Shown piece after piece: positions 1-13,039 of a stretch of 64,000 bases of DNA. Each line of letters starts with the position of its first letter. Positions within the stretch are counted from its first letter, which is position 1. The stretch lies in assembly GCF_026571515.1 (NCBI RefSeq), contig NW_026851538.1, forward strand, positions 22,164 to 86,163, in the 5' to 3' direction. This DNA is from Ruditapes philippinarum (taxonomy: Eukaryota). The translations under genes were made by a program, and so were the position numbers. The notes beneath the pieces were generated by a model. The model ran no database searches, was not told the DNA's origin, and saw nothing but the letters and a program-made list of their open reading frames with translations.

Positions 1-219
1 ATTAATTCTTTGCTTAATTTAATTATTTTATCTAATTTTATCCTTTTACAAAACATAATTTTTTGGGTTTTGGTTTTTTTTGTAGAACTTATTTGAGAAA
101 TTCAGAAATGTGCACCTGGTAAGATATTTTTGTAAACTTCAAAAGAAATACCTCATTTCCTTTTATTTGTTTGTAATATAAAATGTTGAGACAATATCCT
201 ATTCAAAAAATAATATCGG

Positions 220-362
220 TCTGAGCGGTGTTTATCGGATATTTAACACCAGTTTGGAGTTTTGATGCATAAGAATTGACCACGAAGGCTGTAGGCCTGT
301 GTGGTTAATTTTTTTTCATCAAAACGACAAAACCGATGTTAATTAGCCGATAAACACTGCTA
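220..362. repeat. short foldback: 15-bp inverted arms (agcggtgtttatcgg ... ccgataaacactgct) around a spacer of about 110 bp
   Basis: Inverted repeat read directly from the sequence. No coding content. Confidence 0.3.
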
Positions 363-1099
363 AGACAGATATTATTTCGATTCTAATAAGACAAAATAAG
401 GAAGTTCACCAATGTTATTTTTTCAAGTGGAGATTACTTCCGGTGCCGATTTTTGTATAACGCTGTTCGATTTCGCACTCTCCTGTTGCTAAGATATAGA
501 AATTACTAAACAAAAGTTATTACACAAAAAAAAGTTATTTTATCAAGTTTTCAACAATTAAAACTTACGTCTCAGACTGTATTGTATTGAGTTTACATCA
601 GTGTTTGATTAATCATTTGGCGTCATTCATGAGTTGTTTACAAACAATGACGTCATTATGCCGCAAACGGATTGGCACCGTTTTGTCAAAATATTTATTA
701 ACTGATATGGGTCAAATCTGTGACGTTAGTGTGTGTGAGATATTATTTCTGCATTATATGAAAAGAAATCATTATAAGAACAGAAAATATCAATAAAAAT
801 GTTTTTTTGTTGTTGCTTTAAAAGGCTTTGTAAACTATAAAATCGACGGAGAAAACATAACAGCCACATATACAAGTAGTCCCTAACCAGTGTTTATTGG
901 CAGTTTAACACTGTTTTTTTCTTCTTTGTCTATAGTGATAAAATCAAGAAGAGAATTTATTATCTATTTTTTTATGTAATTTGTTCTATTGCTTTATATT
1001 TGTCAATAAAATTTGAACCCTGGATGTTGAGTTGTTCTCTTCACACAAGAACTGGTTGAACCGGGTGATGCTCCTAGTGAAAACAGAAAAGTATACCTC

Positions 1100-1750
1100 T
1101 TGAAGTGTCAGAGTTATATCCCTGACAAAGTTAAAAGTGTAAAAATGAACAAAGGGCAATAACTACAAAATTAAGCAAGGCAGACTTAAGGTTCTTTTGT
1201 GCTGCACTTCTATTTAATGATCTATCTACCTACAAACCTCTTATGGTTTCAGAGCTATGTCTCGGACAAAATTCAAAGTGAAAAAAATTACTAAAGGGCA
1301 ATAACTCCAAAATTAGGCAAGACAGAGTTATGGCTCTTTTGCACTGCAGAGATCTATCTACCTACAAAGTTTCTTGTTCATATCTCTTATTGTGTCAGAG
1401 TTATGTCCCAGACAAAGTTCAAAATGTAAATTTAAACAAAGGGCAATAACTCCAAAATTAGGCAAGGCAGAGTAACCATTCTTGTTCACTGCACTTCTAT
1501 CTAATGAGCTCTATCTACCTACAAAATTTCATTTTGATATCTCTTACAGTTTAAGAGTAATGTCCCAACAAAGTTCAAAGTGTAAAAATTAACAAAGGGC
1601 AATAACTCCAAAATTAAGCAAGGCAGAGTTACGGTTATTATGCACTGCACATCTACTCAATAAGATCTATCTACCTACAAAGTTTCATGTTGATACCTCT
1701 TGTTGGTTTAAAATTATGTCCCGGACAAGAATAGTGGACGGACGGACGTC
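1100..1750. repeat. tandem array of about 4 units of about 150 bp (core aacaaagggcaataactccaaaattaggcaaggcagagtta)
   Basis: Unit starts near 1106, 1248, 1393, 1549 and 1708. The array abuts (GGAC)n at 1733-1750. Confidence 0.75.
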
Positions 1751-2290
1751 TGACCCAATAGGGATAAAGGGCCATTTCTATTGTTATTTTCTTTTGTTAT
1801 TTAGAAGGCCATGGTTCTTTATTCTATTGTTACTGAATGAATTCTATTGTTCTCTTTTGTTCTATTTACAGTTAGATAGCCCCCTTTCCCTATTTGGTAG
1901 TGCGGACAGACAAAAGGCTGGACGGTCAAAGTGGCGACTATATGCTCATCCTTTGGGGATCTTAAAAATCAATTACCACCCCAGGGCGGGGCCAATTATG
2001 ACCCAAGGGCTTTAAACTTGGTAGACACTCACTAGAAGATGTTTCATGCTAAATATCTAAGCTCTAGCTCTTTGGGTTTTTTTTAAAAATAGCAACCAGA
2101 GTTCTGCATGGAATTTAATTCTGTGAACAAATTTTAAAGGTGTCCACCAAATGAACATTCTTGTGAAGTTAGGATGAAAATTGCTTAGTGGTTGATGAGG
2201 AGATATTGTTTAAAGTAAATGCTATCGCACGGGGACAGCTGGCTGGCGAGACGAAAAGCAATCACAAAAGCTCACCAACAAGTGAGCTTA
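1750..2290 (-). mobile_element. inverted partial copy of the hairpin-(CCGT)n element family seen at 26458 and 44026
   Basis: 2255-2290 is the reverse complement of the head aagctcac...gtgagcttttgtgat(c/t)gcttttcgtc. 2020-2075 is the reverse complement of the catgaaacatcttctagtgagtgtctaccaag unit. Confidence 0.6.
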
Positions 2291-3669
2291 AAAGGGCAAT
2301 ATTTATGTTGAAATCCATAATAGAGTTATGGGCCCCCAATAGTGACCTATCATGCTCTTAAATACAGTCAAACTTTGTTCGCTCGAACTCGTAGGGCCTG
2401 TGCAAATTTGTTCGAGAGATTGGTAATTCGAGCCAACCAAGTTTTAACTATTATCACATAGGACACAGACCTAAAGGTTTTTCAGTTTACATCGGTCTAT
2501 GATAAATAAGTCAATTATATAATTGTTTGTTAGTATATCAATTCATCGAATACGTCAATTCTTTTAAATATTAAGTGTCCCAGTGGTGTCAAATGAGTAT
2601 TAACTGTATGCTGTGTCAATCTATATCCATGCATATTGTTACTGGTTGAGTTCGATTGGGCAACCATTTTCACAACTTGTTGAACATTGTTCAAAATATA
2701 TTTATATCTTTATTATGGGATAAATGACCAATTTTATTTTAAACAATGAATTAATAAAATATTTACAAAAAAACAGAAGCATTTGTAGTCATTTACGTAA
2801 ATAAACACACATACAAGTATCATTCTATATAAAAAGATAACACTGTTACAATTCACGTTACATGCAACACCATGTGTTAAATAAAGGACATTTGACTTGA
2901 CTTGACCACGGCTGTATTTAAAGATCATTTATTTATTTACTTTTGCACATTTAACCATTTCACAAGTTATTTTCTTTTTATCTAAAGACGGCAAACTCAT
3001 AACAAACAAATTGGTAACAACAACTTTAATTTTGTATCAATTAACTTTAATTGCCTTTAAAAACATGTGTCCCTGGCTGTCACATATTTAGAACATATCT
3101 AACTGCAACTTTCGAGGGATGTTGCACGTATTCATTATCCCTCATGTACAGACTCAATTAAAAACAAGTCTGCAATTCTCGTGTAATTTTGTTGTTATTA
3201 ATGCTTCCGAGGGATCACTTTGTTTCCAGTTTTTTGTTGTTGTTTTTTTGTTTAACCAAAAAGGTGTGATTTTCACAATATTTCTGCCGAAGGTACCAGA
3301 GATTAAGTTTGTGAGTTTGAGGGATCGGTGTTCGAGCGATTCCGAGGTAGAACAATATATATTATGAAGGAATTTTGGCGGGACAAGCGAGTGGGGTAGG
3401 GGTATTCAAGCTATCCGAGTTTGAGGAAACAAAGTTTAACTGTAAGTGTAGGAAGTTTCAACTCATTCCCCTCTGTAGTTTGGAGTTACAAACTTGCATA
3501 CATAACTTAACCAAAGTGTCATGTAAATGCCATGGTAAGTACAATAGCTCTCCTTATTCTTTGAATACTTGAGCAAAAAATTAAATTATAATTGAAAAAT
3601 ATATTCATTTTTGTTGTAAAGAGTGCATTATTAGAAAAGGGGAGCTAATTTTGTTCATATTATACTCAC

Positions 3670-3783
3670 ATGGTTACATTTTTTCTCCATGAGTTGTTTC
3701 TCTTTGTTAGAAGCCTCCAATGTGACGTGTAAATGACTACATTGTTCTGCTAGATACAAGTTCTCTTCCTCCAGCAAGTGTAC
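3670..3783 (-). CDS. BRAP: BRAP coiled-coil exon (VHLLEEENLYLAEQCSHLHVTLEASNKEKQLMEKKCNH)
   Basis: Acceptor ttcatcatag, donor gtgagt, phase 0, 38 codons. Aligns with human BRAP INNMKTKFKETIEKCDNLEHKLNDLLKEKQSVERKCTQ. The residue count is the same and the Cys spacing is shared. Confidence 0.6.
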
Positions 3784-3999
3784 CTATGATGAAAGTATAC
3801 ATTCTGAACATGAAAAAGTAAGAAATCTTCTTAACTCATGAAAATTTATATATTTTTTAGTTAAAAATGTCTGTTACTTTGTCTTTTTCCTGTGATTTTG
3901 ATTTGAAAATACATTTTTATTTGATTACGAAGATGTGCTAAACCTGGGATTGATCACTTGCAAAAAACTGACCTTGTGCTGACGTATTCAGTGGGAAAG

Positions 4000-4135
4000 C
4001 AGTTTAGCCTGTAAAAAGGTTGCATAACTAAGTGGTTAACAAATCAGACTAGTAATCAGAGGATTGCTAGCTGCGAGGGTTCAAACCCCATACGGGACAA
4101 GTTGTTGTTTCCTTGAGCAAGATACTTTACACATT
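4000..4135 (+). mobile_element. tRNA-derived SINE fragment (B-box gagggttcaaacccc, tail gtttccttgagcaag)
   Basis: Shares its 3' body with the SINE copies at 37255-37455 and 53545-53710. Confidence 0.5.
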
Positions 4136-4484
4136 GTTCAGTATTGCATGATTCCAGGAACAGCTATAAGCTTACGGCTTCCTACATAATCAAACTGAAA
4201 TGTGAATTCTGTATAAACTAAGTAACTCAGTCAGTAACTATGTCCTGTACACTATAAATATACGAAGTAAAGGTCTTCATTTTTTTCCTTCAAATCAGAT
4301 TCATTTTAGCCCCTGTTACAGTATAAAGTATATGTGAGACATACTGGTGAGCAGTAAATCAAGTTTTTTTTGTTGTTGTTGTTCTTTTTTCAATTTAGAG
4401 TTAATACAATCTTTCTCAAATCATTCTTTTGTGACAGAGCAAATTTGCAAGGAGAATATTATCATCTATGTTGTTATTTAATAC

Positions 4485-4574
4485 CTTTCCTAAAACAGTT
4501 TTTTCAACTTCTTCCATCTTGTCCTCGAAATACAATCTCTGTGACTCCAGCTGATTTGTTAGCAAATATGTGTA
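4485..4574 (-). CDS. BRAP: BRAP exon (YTYLLTNQLESQRLYFEDKMEEVEKTVLGK)
   Basis: Acceptor ttttttttcag, donor gtatta, 30 codons. Matches human YSYLLTSQLESQRIYWENKIVRIEKDTAEE. Confidence 0.75.
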
Positions 4575-5412
4575 CTGAAAAAAAACAAAGTATTATCTAA
4601 TTCCTAGAAAAAACTACAAAACACATGTTTCTAAAAAAAAATGAAAAATTTATATTTAACCTTTTAAAGCATTCACCATCTTATCAGATGTTAATTCTAA
4701 TGGTGTTTAGAATTGAAGTAATATATGCTCAAAATATTGGGGAAATTATAGAAACAATAATATGGAATTATGAATTTTAAACAATTTTGTCATTTGGGAA
4801 CAGGCCTAAATTTGACCTATATGCAAAAATGTGACAGCCATAACTATTACAATATAAGACTGTGAGCTGCTATCAGTATCTTGTCATAATACAAACATAA
4901 GGATATAAAAATCTATGGCCTGAGTAACATACCAGAAATGAGTGTAAAGTTTACAATGTATTGAATTTCATTGTTTCAAAGTATAGTTCCAAAAAGTTCC
5001 AAGAAAACAGGAGTGGTGCCAAAAAATAAAACAAATTGTGATGCCTACAATGAAAATCATAGACACAAATACTCGGCCAACTACAATAGCTCATTATCTC
5101 CATAAATCAAACTAAGAAGTGCTATAAAATTAACTCATAATTTTTATACATAGTAAATTTCACTACCACTTTAAGCCTCTCAAAAATAATTTTATGTTTA
5201 ATTTGTTAAGTTGGGTTTTAAAGACACAATGGCACTGCAACAGACATGAGGCCCCTTTCAAGCTTAAGTGGTGGAGGACGGCCACAGACACACCTTCAAA
5301 TATTTCAAGCACAACCAAACACCCGAGAAAATGATCAACCTTCAGTGAGCTAACCAGATAATACTTGAAAGAAACTTAAATCTCGCACAAAAAAATTTTA
5401 AATCACAAGTAC

Positions 5413-5593
5413 CTCTAGATTAAGAGCATCCATTTTGTCATTTTCTACCGGATTTCCTCCCTCGTCAACTTGTACCAATTTACCGTCTGATTTATTTTGA
5501 ACCAGTCGGTGGACGTAGTTATCACCTATATAATCCCACACTTTATTGTTACCTAGCTCCATAGCATACGTATGATGTGTCTCTTGAAAATGT
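5413..5593 (-). CDS. BRAP: BRAP ZnF-UBP exon ([60 protein letters not shown])
   Basis: Acceptor ttattttag, donor gtactt, 1+180 nt. Near-identical to human [41 protein letters not shown]...KIDALQLE. Confidence 0.9.
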
Positions 5594-6329
5594 CTAAAAT
5601 AACATAATATGCAAATTATACTTTAAAGGGACTCCACTGAGATTTTTTTGACACTGGAAATATTATTAAAAGATTTGTGTACCATTTGATGAAGGTTTGG
5701 CCCAAATACTTGTGTGCAAACTTTCAGATTATTCACTCAATGAATAATCATTTTTGTAATGCAAAATGGCCAAAAAGTTGAAAAGTTTTTAACTCAAATC
5801 TGGCTTGCACAAAAATTAATTTAAACTTTATATACAAAGATATTTCTTTATAATCTTTTGTATATTTTACTATTTTAAGTGCCCCATTTAATCTACGTTA
5901 ATTTAATGATTTAAGGCTTTTGACCTCAGTGGAGCTCCTTTAAGAATTTACAAAATAGAGTGTACCTTAAGGAGATAGAATTTAGAGGAGTAAACACTGG
6001 CCAACTTTTAACAGTGACAGACATTATCTTGTGTGATCAAAATATCCATTACTCCACCCTACATTTCATTGAGAAATGTACAACTTAATTTTTTAAAAAA
6101 TGGATGAAAACAAAACATTTTTGTGTGGCTCATAAATTATTTGGATTATAAATCACATGGACGATATTTATTCCTGGATCTTGCTGCTGTTGACCCAAAT
6201 CCTGCCATGAATACAGCATAAACTGCTACCTAAGGTCTTTAACTAGTGAACCTTGAAGGTTGCCATATGGCTTTTACAGTTCCCCTGTGACTAAAATCCC
6301 AAGCAAACAAAGATCTTTTTAAAAATTAC

Positions 6330-7560
6330 ACAATTTTTATGCCCCCACCATGTAATGGCCGGGGCATATAGTGTTACCCTGTTCCGTCATTCCGTCCTTC
6401 CGTCATTCTGTCATTCCGTCATCATCAGTTTCCGTTCATTATCTTAAGAACGGTTGCACACATTCAACTCAAATTTGACATATGAATATGTCATGACAAA
6501 ATACAGGTCAAGTTCGAATTTGGTCATGGTTCGATGATTTTTGACAGAGTTATGCCCCTTTTACTTTGAAAATAATATGAAATTTTCAGTTTCTGTTCAT
6601 TATCTCCCCAACGGTACAACACATTCAACTCAAACTTGACATATGGATATGTCATTAGAAAATACAGGCCAAGTTCGAATTTGGTCATGGTTCGATGATT
6701 TTTGGCAGAGTTATGCCCCTTTTACTTTGAAAATAATGTGAATTTTCAGTTTCCGTTCATTATCTCCCCAACGGTACAACACATTCAACTCAAACTTGAC
6801 ATATGGATATGTCATGACAAAATACAGGTCAAGTTCGAATTTGGTCATGGTTCGATGATTTTTGGCAGAGTTATGCCCCTTTTACTTTGAAAATAATGTG
6901 AAATTTTCAGTTTCCGTTCATTATCTCCCCAACGGTACAACACATTCAACTCAAACTTGACATATGGATATGTCATTAGAAAATACAGGCCAAGTTTGAA
7001 TTTGGTCATGGTTCGATGATTTTTGGCAGAGTTATGCCCCTTTTACTTTGAAAATAATGTGAAATTTTCAGTTTCTGTTCATTATCTCCCCAACGGTACA
7101 ACACATTCAACTCAAACTTGACATATGGATGCGTCAAAAGAATGTGCAGGTCATGTTCAAATTTGGTCATGGTTCAATGATTTTTGGCAGAGTTATGATC
7201 CTTTCACTTTGAAAGTAATATGAAATTTTCAGTTTCCGTTTATTATCTCCCCAAAAGTACAACACATTCAACTCAAATTTGACATATGGATATGTTTTTG
7301 GAATGCCCAGGCCAAGTTGGAATTTGGTCATGGTTCAATGATTTTTTGGCAGAGTTATGCCCTTTCACTTTGAAAATAATACGAAATTTACAGTTTCTGT
7401 TCATTATCTACCCAACAGTGTTACATATTCAACTTAAATTTGACATATGGATATGTCAAAGGAATGGGCAGGTCAAGTTGAAATTTGGTCATGGTTTGAT
7501 GATTTTTTTTGCAGAGTTATGTCCCTTTCACTTTGAAAATAATATAGATACATCTTAGGA
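6330..7560 (+). mobile_element. satellite-carrying element: hairpin head (tatgcccccaccatgtaatggccggggcata), degenerate (CCGT)n, then about 7 tandem units of about 160 bp
   Basis: Units start near 6428, 6591, 6750, 6911, 7072, 7233 and 7393. The head and microsatellite architecture is shared with 32440-33840. Confidence 0.7.
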
Positions 7561-8512
7561 ATAAAGCAGTTTAAGTATGAATTTGGTTGTGGTTCAATGA
7601 TTTTAGACAAACTTATCTTTCCTGAATGTTGGAAAAATTTTGTACTTTCAGTTTCAGCACTCATACTTTTAGCCATTATTTTGGCTACAAATATGAAATA
7701 TGTTATTTTTAAAAGGTTAAGACTGAATAATTTCAGTGTCTTGAACATTGTATGAAAATGGTTTGTGTTAACATTTTAAAGTTTTAAGGGCTTTGAACTT
7801 AAAATGAAAAAAATAATTAATGCACCATCTGAAATTTTGGCTGCATGCGGGGGCATCCGTGGCATGATGACACATTTCTAGTTTCCCTCTAAAACCAAAC
7901 TTACTAGCTGCAAGAGTCAGACAACAAAATTTATTCTTTGACAAGTCAACAAACTTCAGGAATACAGTGAACAGCAAAAATTTGTTTATTAAGGAAATTA
8001 TGTTTATGGATTTCCAAAAAAATGCACACTCTATGAAGCAACTAGAAACCATTCTTGCGTTATATTAAAAATTAATTGTTAAAGCGGCTTCAGCTTTTAT
8101 TTTCTGTTGGAAAAACAATTCTGTGTAATTTCAAACTAAGTATTTCAGTAATTATATCTTGGAAAAGTACATCCTATCACTGTAAAGCCCTTTTCAAAAC
8201 AGTGTCCAGAGAGTTATTTATAACACACCAGTGATGTTCGTTGCTTAAAATAGAAGATTGGGAAAGGAATCATCCACTTAACTAATTTAAATATAGAAAG
8301 CAGATCCATAGATTAGAGTTATCAAGGGCTTTTCTTATTGTTTATGTATTTTATCCTTGACAAATATCATTTTCCACCTTAATTCTTTTGATTTGAAAAT
8401 TATATGAAATGATTTATCTAAAAATAACATATTTAATCTTTAGAAAAACTGAACGCCTCTTTATAAAGTATTGAAAATATCTCTTGTATTAAGCTAGTGT
8501 AATTTAACAAAC

Positions 8513-8580
8513 CTGAAGGCATGTAAACCAACATAACGTCCACAACCAATGTTTCCGCAGATTAGACAGATCCATAAACT
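8513..8580 (-). CDS. BRAP: BRAP ZnF-UBP exon ([22 protein letters not shown] + R)
   Basis: Acceptor tatattacag, donor gtttgt, 68 nt ending in phase 2. Human [23 protein letters not shown]. Confidence 0.85.
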
Positions 8581-8689
8581 CTGTAATATATATAATATAA
8601 TTATATGTATTACTATAAAAGTATGATGTGGTTAGTTTCACTCCGGATCATGGCAGTACCAAACACTGAATTTACCAGAGCACAGTTCA

Positions 8690-8890
8690 GTCTGCGCAGT
8701 ACTAGTTGGCTTCACTTTTACTAGGAACTGATTACTTCTGTACATGCCAGAGCAGAGGTACAGTGCAAATGACCGTTGTAAGGATTTCAAGTGACCCGCA
8801 CCATCTGGGAATCGAAACCCGGGTTGCCCTATTCACATTCTAACTCTTTACATGTAGCTATTGAGCTAACTGTAGGGCTACAGGTAGGTA
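8690..8890 (-). mobile_element. tRNA-derived SINE (minus orientation; A-box ttagctcaatag, B-box gggtttcgattccc)
   Basis: tRNA-like box motifs read on the reverse complement. Confidence 0.5.
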
Positions 8891-9192
8891 TTCTGATAAG
8901 TGGCCACAATACATATGACAATTTTAAAACAATGTTGTTGTTTTTTTTGTAGTTTTTTTCATATACTTCAAAATATATCATCTCAAATTGGTTCAATTTA
9001 AAATAGCAACAGAATATTTTGCTTAATTTTGTAACATTGGAACGTTTATAATTCAGATTCTTTTATTTGATGATTCTAGCATTTTTGACCTTATAAATAC
9101 TGTGTGTTCAAACTCAAATGGTACAAAATATTAATAATATTATGCAAATATTATGTAATCAAAGATTAAATTTGTTTTCAAATCATACTAAC

Positions 9193-9268
9193 CTCTTGTG
9201 AACCACATTTCATACATCTATTATCAGCGGCCTCTTCTGGTGTTTGACAGTATCTACACACCGGACAA
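9193..9268 (-). CDS. BRAP: BRAP RING C-terminus / ZnF-UBP start ((S)CPVCRYCQTPEEAADNRCMKCGSQE)
   Basis: Acceptor gtgtattttttag, donor gttagt, 1+75 nt. Human TCPVCRYCQTPEPVEENKCFECGVQE. Confidence 0.9.
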
Positions 9269-9489
9269 CTAAAAAATACACTTATATTTTGTTTTGTTTG
9301 TTTTTCTGTTGTTAATGCTAATTTTTAATCATGTTTTTGGTTATTATCTAGGGGCTCGGTTTACCTAACCAGCTTTGCGGGTTACCTTAACAGTAATTAC
9401 CAGTTTCTCCACAATTAATCAACTACAAGTCCAACATGATTTCTGAATCAGCGGCCAAAGATAAAGGACAATTAGACTCAATGTCTAAA

Positions 9490-9600
9490 ATAAGACGTCA
9501 CTGAAAAATAACGCCTCGATCAAGGTTCGAACCAGAGACCCCTGTATTATTTATCTTATTCTTTCCTTATTGAGCTAAGCAGGCTAACGGTAGCCTTATA
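9490..9600 (-). mobile_element. tRNA-like SINE or tRNA pseudogene fragment (B-box ggttcgaacc read on the minus strand)
   Basis: Reverse complement reads ggctaccgttagcctgcttagctcaataagg...ggtctctggttcgaacc. Confidence 0.4.
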
Positions 9601-10050
9601 ATATTAGTTCTATAAAACACACTGTATAACAAGAAATACATGAAGCAAATCCTATGTTATTTAACAGTAACCCTATAATAGCTAAATACAACACTATGTT
9701 GGCCTATTTTATGTTATATACAATAGACTCCACTTATGAGGATATGGTGGTTTAAAACGATATACTACTTATAACAGTGCTGCTAGTTGCTTCATGGATA
9801 TAACAATATATTGATATTATAATAATGATATTCAGGTTGTGCCCTGAATATAAATATAAGGGAAGATTACTGTATGTGACTTTTAAGTGCTGTATGCTAA
9901 CAAATATATATTTGTATATTGGTACATTAAAGGACTTAATATAATAAAATTGTGAATGCTGCTTAAAAAGCAAGGAAACAAGTATGATCTAAGTTATACA
10001 ATATGTGCAGTGGTGTTATAAAGTAATGAGAAAATTTTAAAATTATCAAC

Positions 10051-10133
10051 CTTGTATCTCCCCACTGGTCCAAACACTGCATATGGAATGCATGATTGCA
10101 CAATATAGTTAAAATACCATCAACTGACTCATC
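10051..10133 (-). CDS. BRAP: BRAP RING exon (DESVDGILTILCNHAFHMQCLDQWGDT)
   Basis: Acceptor cgtttcag, donor gttgat, 83 nt ending in phase 2. Human DESVNGILTTLCNHSFHSQCLQRWDDTT. Confidence 0.85.
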
Positions 10134-10195
10134 CTGAAACGATCATGAAACAATCAACTCTTAACTTACTGGAAATTATTAAGCCATTGCCACCA

Positions 10196-10256
10196 GTATA
10201 GAGCCAGGCCAGCCTGCACATCCGTGCAGTCTGACCAGGCTCTATACTGTTGGCAG
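10196..10256. repeat. 60-bp hairpin related to the MITE core (cagtatagagcc...agcctgcacatccgtgcagtct...ggctctatactg)
   Basis: Inverted arms read directly. The core resembles cagcctgcgcatccgcgcagtctga of the MITE family. Confidence 0.5.
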
Positions 10257-11387
10257 CTAAAGTATTTCTATTTTTGATGTTGAAATCAGTTTAATTTTCA
10301 CTTTAACTTCTAATAAAATGTTCCAAAAAGTATGAAAAATCAATTAAATTAATACAGCAGGTGAAGTGTTATGTAAAGAAATTTCTTGACATCATATAAA
10401 TGAGTAAGTGTTTGAAAAACAGTATCCATTATTCCACATAGACACAATCTAGACATGAGATGTAGACATGTTTTTGTTAATTAAATTGCTATTATTACAT
10501 AGAGAAGACTTCATCTAAAGTTCAACACAATACAGTCAGGACTCAATACATCGGCATCCATTATACTGACAAATTCGAATAACGACAGTGAATTGGTGGG
10601 AACAAAATTTTTTCAACGTTATTATAATCCTTTATAACGGAAAATTCGTATTCCGACTCCGACACAATAAAATTGGAAACCAAACATGTTATTTTCTATA
10701 CAATCAGTACCCGTTAAACTGACACTTGGTTAGTCAAGCGCGCGTATAAAACAAAAGAAACAGGTATTGTAGCTTGGTCAGTTGATTGTTACACCTTATT
10801 AAAATACCAAGTTGAACGTGTTGTTGTCAGTTGAATTTTGTTACACTTGCCAACTTATGACAACAAACAGTGTGCAATCAATTTTTAAAGGTTTAACTTT
10901 TAAAAGTCCTATCATTGTATGTGCTTTTTATTTTATAAGGTTTAATCATTTTCATAAAAATCTTTAACTATTTAAGTTGTTATTATTTTAATGAAGTAGT
11001 TGTATTATGTGTATGATATGTAATGTGTGTAATGAAATGAACACATAAACACAAAAATCTTTTTCATTAGATGTTTATTTTAGTGAATAAGCATATCATT
11101 ACATGATGAATGATGAAATTCACTATACTGACAAATTCGATATACTGACATATCCTTTGGGAACCAACAGTGTCGTTGTAATGAGTCCTGACTGTATTCA
11201 AATATTGCTTGAAGACTTTTCACATATAATTTCTGTTAAAATCTTTTTAATATTTTTATCTATCATAATTATAATACCTTTAAGGGTTTTTTTCTTCTAA
11301 AAAGTTGATCATGACTTTGTAAATTTAATGTATATATAAAAATTGTAAGATTATTCAATTCTTTATGTATTATTACTAGGTTGTTAC

Positions 11388-11453
11388 CATTCTTTCCAGA
11401 CACACTGGACAATTCGGTAGCTCAGTCATCCCAGGAACTGGTAAACAAGCATT
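11388..11453 (-). CDS. BRAP: BRAP RING start exon (NACLPVPGMTELPNCPVCLERM)
   Basis: Acceptor ttatgttacag, donor gtaaca, 22 codons. Human GASLPVMDLTELPKCTVCLERM. Confidence 0.85.
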
Positions 11454-12516
11454 CTGTAACATAAGATAATCACTGCATCAATATATAACAGCTAAATAAC
11501 AGGACATATTATGTAAGAGACACATCTAGTTTAGTGGACAACGGAAAATAAAACAATAATAGCACACTTACTTATTGGCAGCATAGGCCCCCTCACTCAT
11601 GCATTTTTTTTGTATTTACAGTAATTTACTTATAAAACTAAAACAATATTCAGAATAAAAATCTAATTAAGCATTAATCACAAAAAAAATTACGAGAAAA
11701 TAACTGACTCGGTTAGAGTATGTACATGAGGGATAATGAAAAGGGCAACATCCTAGTAACAGATTAAACGTATAGATACAGAATCACATGTACACTTGAT
11801 TTTTTTCTGCCTTCAGCTACACTAAATTCTATCTTCCCTTCAGCTACACTAAATTCTATCTTCATAAATATGCTTTTCTGATAAGCTGTATCACTCAAGT
11901 AGATAATGTGGCTCCTAGCAACTGCACAAATGTGTTAAAAACATCATTATAGCATAAAATCGGCTATTTTCGTCCCTTTTGCCCATGTTTAAACGGGACT
12001 AAATCTGTGTTAACTGAGTCAAGCGCTTTTGTTTCAGCCCGGTTTTACATATGCGTTATACATTAAACAGGGCCTGGTAAAGCTTGCCGAGCCCTTCCTG
12101 CCCATATCAAGCGAGTCTGATAAAATTGATATGAAAAGACAGTAGCACCTTTTTCTATTTATCATGTAATACATAAAAACAATTCTTTTACTACTCTTTA
12201 AAAAAAACTTGTTTGCTTTTCATACCACATGATTTCAAAAATCATATTCCTCCTTCAAAATAAACAAATCATCACCTTAGAGCTGTAACGGGTTAACTAC
12301 TTATATAATTTTAAAGGAGTTAACCCAATATTGCACTAAAAAGGTGAAATGTATATTCACTGAGTTATATTCACTGAGTTCCTTTAGAAGTCAGGTAATA
12401 TATAAAATAAAGGCATGACAGATATGGTATTAATTCCTATACTAGTGTTTTCTGACAGAGTTACGGACATGTATAAAAAAAAAAAAGAGTTGTGACGACA
12501 TATGAGAAAAACTGAC

Positions 12517-12630
12517 CTCAGATTCTTTGAGCATTTCAACTCTACCAACATACACCAGATGACATATATCTGTCTCTATGCTGTTGAATGTTGTGTTGTT
12601 ATATGCTGTGTAGTACTCATCTGCCAGTTT
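12517..12630 (-). CDS. BRAP: BRAP exon (KLADEYYTAYNNTTFNSIETDICHLVYVGRVEMLKESE)
   Basis: Acceptor tcgtgttgcag, donor gtcagt, 38 codons. Human ADADSFYMTCNGRQFNSIEDDVCQLVYVERAEVLKSED. Confidence 0.85.
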
Positions 12631-13039
12631 CTGCAACACGACAGTTAACATACAGAATATATATACATGTACTAGATACAAGATAAATGGAGCAAATTAT
12701 GCCTCAACATATAATATATTATAGATATAATGCACATCACACATATAATCACCTGACAAAATTGCTCAGCTTTATTGTAAAGTAAGAAGCAACAAGTCCG
12801 TTCGATAAAAAGGTTAAATAAGTACCTATTGAAAACAACCTGCAGTTAAAAGGGGTATTTAACTTTTTTTATTGGCAGTTTTTCCAATGATGATAATAAT
12901 CAAGGTGAAGGGTTTGATACTGAATGACTTTTTCATATATAGGATTGAACAAAGTATTGAATTACTTCATTGCTTAATTGTTAGAAAGGTATTTATATAC
13001 CATCTAATGTAACACCTTTATAGTCTTTATACAAGCAAA

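Noticed and set aside
3200-3560. Candidate BRAP C-terminal exons (peptides ESLEHRSLKLTNLIS and GNELKLPTLT)
   Set aside because: Weak similarity only (KLTN, NELK). No usable acceptor or donor in phase. Left unresolved rather than annotated.
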